Below, piece after piece: positions 17,269-24,585 of a DNA stretch of 24,585 bases. The translations under genes and the position numbers were made by a program. The stretch is from Candidatus Deianiraeaceae bacterium (GTDB lineage Bacteria; Pseudomonadota; Alphaproteobacteria; Rickettsiales; Deianiraeaceae): the NCBI GenBank assembly GCA_044347825.1, contig JBIKUA010000001.1:1-24585 (forward strand), in the 5' to 3' direction. The stretch's first letter is position 1. Every line of letters starts with the position of its first letter. A model generated the notes under the pieces. That model had not been told where the DNA came from. It did no database searches and worked only from the letters and a program-made list of their open reading frames with translations.

Positions 17269-17297
17269 AATATAAAAGCAAATAAACTAAATGTCAA
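17269..17297 (-). promoter_or_regulatory. Putative sigma70 promoter for gshB-lptE-priA
   Basis: Minus strand TTGACA(17297-17292)-N17-TATATT(17274-17269). Confidence 0.6.
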
Positions 17298-17305
17298 AAG
17301 TAAAA

Positions 17306-18493
17306 TTACTTAACTTCCAAACTCTTAAAATTTGCCATATTTTTAAAATCTTGATACGCCTCGTCAAAAGAAGAACTCTCGGATAAAATCTTGCCAGCAA
17401 TTTCTCGAAGACTTTTAGACCAGTCTAAAACATCTCCCTCTTTAACTAAAAACTCAATATTATATTTACTTTTTAATTCAGGTTTTTTCAAATTTAAAAC
17501 AACTCCTTTAGTAAAAGGTATTATACCGCTAAAACAATATGATTTTACTTTAAAATCTGTATTTTTTACTAAATTAAAGTGGTTGAGTAAATCTAGATTA
17601 GGTATATTAATACCAAATTGCTTATTATACATTGGAATTGCTAAACCTCCCGCAGTTCTACCACCTATTTCAAGAAATACAAATTCATCATTAGGAGTGA
17701 TAAAAAATTCAAGATGAGTAGCACCCGTTATGTATCCAAGAGCTGTTATTACATTTTTTGCCAATATTGAAGCTCTTTGAGAAATTTCACTTTCTCTTGG
17801 CAGAGGCACTGTAAGAAGGGTCTTACCTGATTTAAAATCTGCATTTGGATAAGAATATTCATTGCATACTTCAAATATAACATTACCATCGTTATAAATG
17901 CCGTCAATATGATAAAGCTTGCCAAAAATAAAGCTTTCACATTCAAAATCTTCTTTGCGTTTTATATACTTTATAGCACATTCAAAATCCTCCTCTGTTT
18001 TAATAATATTAACATCTTTGGATGCAAATTCACTTTTAGGCTTTAAAACAAAAGGTATACCAAATTCTTCTTGTAACTCATTAAAGCTATTAAAATCAGC
18101 TAATTCCCCAAACTTAGGAACTAAAACCCCAAATTCTTGTAATTTTTGCTTCATTTTTACTTTATCTCTAAGTAGAATTGCTGTATGTGGCTTTACGCCA
18201 ATTATATTAAAATATTCTCGTAGTTCTGCAACATAAAGCATATTATCCTCCGAGATACAAATAAACCTAATATCTGATTTATTGTAAGATTGCAAAACTT
18301 TACCGAGTTCCTCTTTTATGTTAGAATAAGTTAAAATGCGTGTAAAAACATTTCCAAATTCTTTTTTAGTTAATTCAAATTCATCTTCATTTACAACCGC
18401 AATGAAGTGAAAGTTAGTCTCTTTTTTAAGAACATTAAAATCATATGTTTTTAGTTTAATAAATGTATTAAATAGAACTGCTATTTTTGTCAT
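17306..18493 (-). CDS. ATP-grasp ligase, L-amino-acid-ligase/peptide-ligase-like
   Basis: RDKVKMK, PFVLKPK, ECESFI.G, HLEFF and FLEIGGRTAGG; 395 aa with an N-terminal alpha/beta domain and a short C-terminal domain. Confidence 0.85.
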   Translation of the reverse strand: MTKIAVLFNTFIKLKTYDFNVLKKETNFHFIAVVNEDEFELTKKEFGNVFTRILTYSNIKEELGKVLQSYNKSDIRFICISEDNMLYVAELREYFNIIGVKPHTAILLRDKVKMKQKLQEFGVLVPKFGELADFNSFNELQEEFGIPFVLKPKSEFASKDVNIIKTEEDFECAIKYIKRKEDFECESFIFGKLYHIDGIYNDGNVIFEVCNEYSYPNADFKSGKTLLTVPLPRESEISQRASILAKNVITALGYITGATHLEFFITPNDEFVFLEIGGRTAGGLAIPMYNKQFGINIPNLDLLNHFNLVKNTDFKVKSYCFSGIIPFTKGVVLNLKKPELKSKYNIEFLVKEGDVLDWSKSLREIAGKILSESSSFDEAYQDFKNMANFKSLEVK

Positions 18494-19631
18494 ATAATTG
18501 ATAAAAAATTAAAAATACTGCACTGCAAATTAAGCATATAATTAAACATAAAATCCAAAGTAAATTTGGGTTAATTTGGTAAAAAAAACTTCCAAATATA
18601 GGTGAAAAGAAAACACCTAAAGAAAATGAAGCTTGATAAATACCCATCGTCTTACCTTTTTTGTAAATACTTGTATTTAAAATATAAGGTAGCATAATTG
18701 GAAAGAGTATCATTTCTGAGAATGTCCAAAATGCACAAAGCAATACACCAATAAAAAAATTATCAACCAAAAAGGTAAGACCAATTCCAATTGCAAGCAT
18801 TATAGAACCTATAAAACATCCAATTGATGGCTTTATTTTATCACAAACAAACCCTACAGGAATTTGAAATATTAAAATAAGAACGCCATGTATTGTAAAT
18901 AGAAACGAAACTTCAAAGACTGTAAAATTTGCATAATCTTGAAGAAACATAACATAAGTTGTTTTATACTGCTCAAGAACCATAATTCCAAGCAATAACA
19001 TCAAATTTAAGATGCAAAATATAAAAAAGCTTGAATGAGGTGGCTTAACTTCCCCTTCTTGTTGAGCTTTATGACATTTTATTTTTTTTAAAAACAAGGA
19101 AAGTATAAAATTTAAGAAAAAAACAAAACCAATTATAACAAAAGCAAACTGATGTTGTTTTTGAAACAAAAATCCAAAGACAACCGAGGAGACGCTAAAT
19201 CCAAAATTTAAAACCACCCTCCTAAAGGAAAGAGCCGTTGACTTACTAACGCCTCCCATTCTTTCAAACATTAGTAAAATGGCAGAAGGTCTAAAACTAC
19301 TATTAAAAAACCCAGCACAAAACATACATATTGCTATTGCGAAAGAGCTTTTAAAAAGTCCCAGTAAGGTTATAAAAATAGCATTTCCCATTATAGAAAA
19401 AGATACTATCCCTTTAGATGAAAAATAATCTACCATTTGCCCACCTATATAACCTCCTAAAAACCCCCCTACGCCAAATAAGGCTATAAAAAAACCGATT
19501 TCTTTTACATCAAATCCTATTTCTTTTAAAAACATCGTGATAAGTATGGGTAGCATACCTCCGCTAGCATTAAAGAAAATAAGGATTAGAACAAGCAAAA
19601 AACCTTTTGGTAATTTAGTAAATTCAGTCAT
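18468..19631 (-). CDS. MFS transporter (probable exporter)
   Basis: About 12 hydrophobic segments, with motif-A variants GGYIGGQMVDYF and GFVCDKI. Likely start ATG 19631, overlapping the upstream stop (ATGACTGA). Confidence 0.88.
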   Translation of the reverse strand: MTEFTKLPKGFLLVLILIFFNASGGMLPILITMFLKEIGFDVKEIGFFIALFGVGGFLGGYIGGQMVDYFSSKGIVSFSIMGNAIFITLLGLFKSSFAIAICMFCAGFFNSSFRPSAILLMFERMGGVSKSTALSFRRVVLNFGFSVSSVVFGFLFQKQHQFAFVIIGFVFFLNFILSLFLKKIKCHKAQQEGEVKPPHSSFFIFCILNLMLLLGIMVLEQYKTTYVMFLQDYANFTVFEVSFLFTIHGVLILIFQIPVGFVCDKIKPSIGCFIGSIMLAIGIGLTFLVDNFFIGVLLCAFWTFSEMILFPIMLPYILNTSIYKKGKTMGIYQASFSLGVFFSPIFGSFFYQINPNLLWILCLIICLICSAVFLIFYQLYDKNSSSI

Positions 19632-20634
19632 CTTGAAACCATGGTTCATATATTCTGCCTCTAAGAACTTTTATGCGATAGAAGGATGATATGTCACGAG
19701 ATACGAAAACTCTTTGAATCCATCTATCTGGTCTTCCATCTACCGAGTACTCTGGCGTAAAAGATTCTCTAGCATGCAAAGTATATTTGTTATTAAGTAA
19801 AAGCAATTTACCTGCCGTTAGCACTTCATAGCAAGCAAGTTCATTCACTTTATTGCGAAATTGCAATAAAGATTTACCCGCCTGTTCCGAAAGTGGCTTT
19901 ACAACATCAGAATAAAATGCAAAAAAAACCCTCGGATTCTGCAAATTACCAGAAACCATAGGTACGGGCTTCATTATCAATTTATCTTTAGGAAGGTAGC
20001 TTCGCCATCTATATGGCACAGATATAGTAAAATTTTCTCCTCTCAATAATTTTATGTCCTCTTTTTCCATTAAACTCAATACTTTTCTAGCATCTACAAA
20101 TTTTGTTTTAACAGGGTTGCCGTGATTTGAAGCAATTCCAAGTAATAAAAGAGCGGAAGGAGATAAATTATCATATTTAAAGAGAAAATTAAGAGCTGAA
20201 TTTTCTATATGAAAATCAAGCTCGGACTCGGAGCCAAGCCCCGTATAATCATATTTTGTTTCTTTATAAGGTATAAGGTTATTTACCACACTATCACCTT
20301 CGGCTGAAATAGAATATGGTTCACCAATTACTGATGCAAAGGCTAAAATGATATTTTCTGAGATAAAATCTTTCTCAAATACTTCACCTTTGAATGGAAT
20401 TTTTTCTACATTTGAAGAAGGTAAATTTTCCACAATTACAGCATATATCTCATTATTGTTAAGTAAATTTAGAGTATCAAGAACCCTATCAGGAAAGTTC
20501 TTGTAAGCTATTTTTCGCAAGCTTTGAATATAATTGGGGCTACCAATTGGATCATATTTCACATCAAGTAAAGCATTATACACTACATCTTTTTCACTTT
20601 CCGTCAGTATTATTTTACTAGAAAGCTCACTCAT
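19624..20634 (-). CDS. Fe(II)/2-oxoglutarate-dependent oxygenase, clavaminate synthase/AsnO/VioC family
   Basis: GSESELDFHIEN (H142-x-E144), then TLHARESFTP (H287) and DRWIQRVFV. This H-x-E...H triad plus DRW..R tail is characteristic of the family. Confidence 0.85.
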   Translation of the reverse strand: MSELSSKIILTESEKDVVYNALLDVKYDPIGSPNYIQSLRKIAYKNFPDRVLDTLNLLNNNEIYAVIVENLPSSNVEKIPFKGEVFEKDFISENIILAFASVIGEPYSISAEGDSVVNNLIPYKETKYDYTGLGSESELDFHIENSALNFLFKYDNLSPSALLLLGIASNHGNPVKTKFVDARKVLSLMEKEDIKLLRGENFTISVPYRWRSYLPKDKLIMKPVPMVSGNLQNPRVFFAFYSDVVKPLSEQAGKSLLQFRNKVNELACYEVLTAGKLLLLNNKYTLHARESFTPEYSVDGRPDRWIQRVFVSRDISSFYRIKVLRGRIYEPWFQDD

Positions 20635-20662
20635 AAATAATAATAATTATTAGTGCGAAGGT

Positions 20663-20690
20663 ATTATACTTATAAAAAATAATGCGTCAA
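20663..20690 (-). promoter_or_regulatory. Near-consensus sigma70 promoter of the oxygenase-MFS-ATP-grasp operon
   Basis: Minus strand cTTGACG(20690-20685)-N16-TATAAT(20668-20663), 28 nt upstream of the ATG. Confidence 0.65.
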
Positions 20691-20803
20691 GCTTTCCTTT
20701 TGAAAAATATAAAATTTTATTCTAAAATTACATTACAATCTATTTCCCATCTTATTAGAAGCAATATTATTTATTATTTTATTTTAATAAAAAGACTTAC
20801 GAT

Positions 20804-21790
20804 TTATTCAAATAAATGCTTCATTCTTTCTTCTTTAACCTTTAAATAACTCTCGTTATATTCATTAACCGCAAAGACAGTGCGTATTGTGGAGTGAACT
20901 TCTACACCTAATTTTTTTAAATCTTCCATTTTTTTTGGATTATTAGTGATAAGGGAAATTTCACTTATATTTAAAAATTTTAACATCTTAACCGCAGGGG
21001 AAAAATTTCTCTCATCGTCTTTAAATCCTACTGCCAAGTTGCTATCCACAGTATCAAGCCCTTCACATTGTTGCAAGCGATAAGCTTTTATTTTGTTTGC
21101 AAGACCTATTCCCCTACCTTCCTGCATTAAATAAAGAACATATCCTCCGTTAAAGCCTTCCGCATTTTCAATAAATTTAATACTTTCCTGAAGTTGATCC
21201 CTACAATCACATCTCAAAGAAGCAAGTAAATCACCTGTATAACAAGAAGAATGTATTCTTACAAGAGGGTATTTATCTTTTTCTGGCTCACCAATTTTAA
21301 TTATGTAATGCTCTATAGCTAAAAGTGGAGTTCTAAAAACAAAAAACTCACAATTTTTTGCCATTTTTAGTTGAATTGGTGCCTTAGAAATAAATCGTAA
21401 ATCGTAAATAAAATTTTTGCAAAATTCTTCCATTTCATCTATTAAAACCTCAACTAAATTTACATTTTCAAACTCATTTGGTAAAGCTGGAGTGCAAATT
21501 AATGTAGGTTCAAATTCGGCAATTTTTAACAAATTTATTATACCTTCCTCTTCTTTAGATTGAGGTGTGCTTGCATCTTGCAATTCCTTATTATGCTTTT
21601 TTGCCTCCTCTGTTGTAATAATTTTAAACGAAAGTTTACTTAATATCTCGGGGTTGATGGCTTCTTTTGCAAAGTAAAAATTTTTACTTGAAGTTTCAAA
21701 AGGTTTGTGTTTTAATATAGAAAATATAGGAAGTCCGTTTTTTAAATCAGAAATGGCTCTTATAATGTTTATATTTTTATAAAAAGACAT
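20804..21790 (-). CDS. ribA: GTP cyclohydrolase II with a degenerate N-terminal domain
   Basis: PLVRIHSSCYTGD, SLRCDC, LYLMQEGRGIGLANKIKAY, DTVDSN and LITNNPKK. Likely start ATG 21790 (MSFYKN); the track's 21835 is an alternative. Confidence 0.92.
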   Translation of the reverse strand: MSFYKNINIIRAISDLKNGLPIFSILKHKPFETSSKNFYFAKEAINPEILSKLSFKIITTEEAKKHNKELQDASTPQSKEEEGIINLLKIAEFEPTLICTPALPNEFENVNLVEVLIDEMEEFCKNFIYDLRFISKAPIQLKMAKNCEFFVFRTPLLAIEHYIIKIGEPEKDKYPLVRIHSSCYTGDLLASLRCDCRDQLQESIKFIENAEGFNGGYVLYLMQEGRGIGLANKIKAYRLQQCEGLDTVDSNLAVGFKDDERNFSPAVKMLKFLNISEISLITNNPKKMEDLKKLGVEVHSTIRTVFAVNEYNESYLKVKEERMKHLFE

Positions 21791-23561
21791 GCAAAACACT
21801 AAAAATAATAATAAAAATATCATCCTTGCAAGCATTATATCTTTAATATTCTTATTACTTTGGCAATATTTCTACGAAATTCCAAGGCAACAAAAAATAG
21901 TAAGCTCGCAAGATAGTAAAGAGACTAAAGCGGAAATTTTAGAAAAGCAAGAGGAAAATACTAAGGCATTATCAAAATCTGCTACAAATGAAGAAAAATC
22001 AATTTTTATACCAACTGATTTAGCTTTATCCGCCTCCCCTGAAAGAGTAGAGTTTGAAAACAATAATATTAAGGGGTCTATAAACCCCATCGGTCTTAAA
22101 CTTGATAATTTAACTTTAAAAAATTACAAAACCGAAGGTATGCCAACCACCCTTCTTTCTCCTAGCGAAACAAAAGAAGCTTATTTTATTCAATTTGGAT
22201 TTAACTCAAGTGAAGATGGTATTAAAATGCCTAACAATAAGACAATTTGGAGCATTGGAAAAACAGGGGGCAATTCCTTTAAAGCAACATGGAAAAATGG
22301 ACAAGGTTTAATTTTTTATCTGATTTTTGAGCTAGATGAGAACTATATGTTTAATGTATCTTCTAGTGTAATAAATGAAAAGCAAGAGGAAGTTCCTGTA
22401 TCAACATTTGTGCGTATTTTAAGAACAGAGCCTACAAATCCTGAAGCAACCTTGATTTCTCACGAAGGTTTTGTTTATAATATAGGTAAGACATTTCACG
22501 AGTTAAAATATAGCAAAATGAAGGATAAAAAACGCCTTAACTACAACGGAGAAAAAGAGCTTTTTTGGGGTGGATTTACAGATAAATACTGGCTGACATC
22601 ATTTTTTTATAACAACACTGTTTGCATTGATAATAAATGCTCTTTTGGTGCATCAGATGTTTCCGTAAATCATTTTAGAGAAAGCGGGCTAGATAGGTAT
22701 CAAGTAGATTTTATTACAGAAGAAGTTAAGTTAAAACAAGGTCAATCTCTTGCCGTTCCTTTCAAGTTATTTGCAGGAGCAAAAGAGTTGAAGCTTTTGG
22801 ATGAATATGCAAGTCAAGGATTTGATTTTAATGGTAAAAAATATCAATTTTCAAATTTTGATAAAACAGTTGATTTTGGAATTTTCTACTTTCTAACAAA
22901 GCCTATATTTTTGCTTATTACATTTTTGAATTCATTTTTTCATAATTTTTGTTTTTCTATAATTTTACTAACGATTATTGTTAAATTAATACTTTTCCCA
23001 ATTGCTACAAAATCTTATATTTCAATGGGAAAAATGAAGTTACTTGCACCGCAAATAAAAAGTATTAGAGAGAACATAAAAGATAAAATGGAGCAAAACC
23101 GCAAAATTATGGAGCTTTATAAAGAAAAACAAGTAAATCCACTTTCTGGATGCTTACCAATTATGCTTCAAATACCTGTGTTTTTTGCCCTTTATAAGGT
23201 GCTTTACATATCTCTTGAAATGAGGGGGGCGGAGTTTATTTGGTGGATAAAAGACTTGAGTATGAAAGACCCTACATCAATGTTTAACCTATTTGGATTA
23301 CTTCCATTTGATGTGCCAAGCTTTTTGCAAATAGGAGTTTTACCTATTTTGATGGGTGTTACAACCTACCTACAACAATCGCTTTCCCCTCGTTCAAATG
23401 ACCCAACGCAGGATATGATAATAAAAACGATGCCTTTCTTTTTAATTTTCATTTTTGCGAGCTTTCCAGCAGGAATAGTGCTTTATTGGGTTGTGAATAA
23501 TATTCTTTCAATTTCGCAACAGTTTTACATTGAAAAAGTAATCTTAAAGAAACATTTTTAA
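21789..23561 (+). CDS. yidC: Membrane protein insertase YidC
   Basis: N-terminal TM (NIILASIISLIFLLLWQYFY), large periplasmic domain, TDKYW, VDFGIFYFLTKP, VNPLSGCLPIMLQIPVFFALY, WIKDLS and GIVLYWVVNN. Confidence 0.96.
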   Translation: MQNTKNNNKNIILASIISLIFLLLWQYFYEIPRQQKIVSSQDSKETKAEILEKQEENTKALSKSATNEEKSIFIPTDLALSASPERVEFENNNIKGSINPIGLKLDNLTLKNYKTEGMPTTLLSPSETKEAYFIQFGFNSSEDGIKMPNNKTIWSIGKTGGNSFKATWKNGQGLIFYLIFELDENYMFNVSSSVINEKQEEVPVSTFVRILRTEPTNPEATLISHEGFVYNIGKTFHELKYSKMKDKKRLNYNGEKELFWGGFTDKYWLTSFFYNNTVCIDNKCSFGASDVSVNHFRESGLDRYQVDFITEEVKLKQGQSLAVPFKLFAGAKELKLLDEYASQGFDFNGKKYQFSNFDKTVDFGIFYFLTKPIFLLITFLNSFFHNFCFSIILLTIIVKLILFPIATKSYISMGKMKLLAPQIKSIRENIKDKMEQNRKIMELYKEKQVNPLSGCLPIMLQIPVFFALYKVLYISLEMRGAEFIWWIKDLSMKDPTSMFNLFGLLPFDVPSFLQIGVLPILMGVTTYLQQSLSPRSNDPTQDMIIKTMPFFLIFIFASFPAGIVLYWVVNNILSISQQFYIEKVILKKHF

Positions 23562-23728
23562 CTTATACAGACTTTCAAAATGAAGTGATAAAAGAAAATG
23601 AGGATTATGATGGTGTTTTATTTTTAGGAGTTTCCCTTAATCAAATTTATATAAAGTATGATATACTTTTTGAAACCCTTCTAAAGGGGGAAGAGGTAGA
23701 GGGTTTAAGTGCGATTTTAGAGAAGTGA
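23561..23728 (+). pseudogene. Possible gene remnant with no ATG (TYTDFQNEVIKENEDYDGVLFLGV...LSAILEK*) abutting the yidC stop
   Basis: 55 open codons with protein-like composition and no ATG (GTG at 23585 possible). No family recognised. Confidence 0.3.
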
Positions 23729-23891
23729 ATTGCTTAGAGGGTAAAAATAATCAAGAATTAGCAATCGCAGGGCGGAGGTAGAAGGACTTTAAATGTTCTA
23801 CGAGAAACAAGCTAATATAGTTATAAAGTTTTTGAATTCATCTTGATTTATTAGATATACTTTTCAGTTTTATAAAATAAATTTAATTAAA

Positions 23892-24585
23892 ATGGAAATG
23901 AGGCAAGAAAATTTATCCATCATAAGTCATAATAGGGATGAAATAGAATTAAAAATTGAATATAAAGATTATTTAACTCCAGAACAACTATCTAACTTTT
24001 ATGTTGCTCTTAATCAGATATTAACATTTCATAATATAAAGGATGTTGAGGTGAATGCAAAGGAAGGTAGCTTGATAACTATATTAAAAAAATTTGCTAT
24101 CGCCTCTCTTCCTTTACTTTTGGGTAGTTTTAGTAATCCAGAACCTCAAAATTTAAAATTTACGGCAAAAATAGCAAATTCTTTCAATAACAATAATTTT
24201 ATTAATTTTATTATAAACAAAACAACAATTTACAATGAAGATAATATAGCTCAAAAAAGTAAAGAGCTTGATGAAAAATTGAAAGAAGTTGACCTAATAG
24301 AAGAAGTTGAGATGCTTCAAATGAGAATTGCAGGAGGGGTGCAATTGGATAAAAAAACAAATAAAAAAGGTTGTGTTACGGAAAAAACAAAATGTGAATT
24401 TATAGCTGATTTTGATGATAGTAGATACAATCAAACGAAACCGCTTAAAATAATTATAGGTTATGAAGATATTGAAGAATATTTTGAAGAAATTCCAATA
24501 AAAGATGCTGACAAATACTACTTCATAGCAGATGGTAAGCTTACGAAAGATAGAGGTAAATATATTAAATTTGAAATCACAAAAA
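23892..24585 (+). CDS. Hypothetical protein, 3'-truncated by the window edge (at least 231 aa), not in the ORF track
   Basis: ATG 23892 and open to the end of the window: MEMRQENLSIISHNRDEIELKIEYKDYLTPEQLSNFYVALNQ...NAKEGSLITILKK...YYFIADGKLTKDRGKYIKFEITK. Confidence 0.75.
   Translation, partial: MEMRQENLSIISHNRDEIELKIEYKDYLTPEQLSNFYVALNQILTFHNIKDVEVNAKEGSLITILKKFAIASLPLLLGSFSNPEPQNLKFTAKIANSFNNNNFINFIINKTTIYNEDNIAQKSKELDEKLKEVDLIEEVEMLQMRIAGGVQLDKKTNKKGCVTEKTKCEFIADFDDSRYNQTKPLKIIIGYEDIEEYFEEIPIKDADKYYFIADGKLTKDRGKYIKFEITK

Noticed and set aside
17246-17281. Track start of gshB at 17281
   Set aside because: Overlaps the predicted promoter; GshB canonically begins MKIAFQ.D at 17245.
17391-18236. 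ORFs 17391..17717 (+), 17749..17946 (-) and 17919..18236 (+)
   Set aside because: Nested in or antisense to the ATP-grasp gene, with no independent evidence.
23766-23801. CAGGGCGG resembling the 5' end of an FMN riboswitch (ribA is nearby)
   Set aside because: The following conserved elements (GAAA.TCCC.ACCGGCGG) are absent, and it is not upstream of a rib gene.
1-24585. CRISPR arrays, tRNA/rRNA genes, transposases and integrases
   Set aside because: No spaced direct repeats, cloverleaf or rRNA signatures, or DDE/tyrosine-recombinase motifs were seen.

Overview
AT-rich bacterial chromosome segment that looks alphaproteobacterial and probably Rickettsiales-like (inference from class I LysRS, an rpsM-rpsK-rpoA-rplQ block without rpsD, gshB, hss, MEP-pathway genes and compact, mostly SD-less gene packing). 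Most of the window is housekeeping: rplI (5'-partial), dnaQ, ispF, ispH, lysS, an egsA/araM-like gene, murD, tal, a cyclophilin, rplM-rpsI-rpsM-rpsK-rpoA-rplQ, hss, priA, an lptE-like gene, gshB, ribA and yidC. The main accessory element is a three-gene operon with overlapping reading frames at 17306-20634 (- strand) and its own near-consensus promoter. It encodes a clavaminate-synthase/AsnO/VioC-family Fe(II)/2OG oxygenase, an MFS transporter and an L-amino-acid-ligase-like ATP-grasp enzyme, so it is a candidate minimal cluster for making and exporting a modified dipeptide. Other points of interest: an unannotated 31-aa membrane ORF between rplI and dnaQ, a ~47-aa insertion in ribosomal protein S9, a uORF plus hairpin leader upstream of homospermidine synthase, an SD/anti-SD pairing region with small ORFs after rplQ, ribA and yidC start codons sharing one CATG, and an accessory region after yidC. 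I found no tRNA, rRNA, CRISPR array or transposase. All family assignments come from motif recognition by eye; no searches were run.
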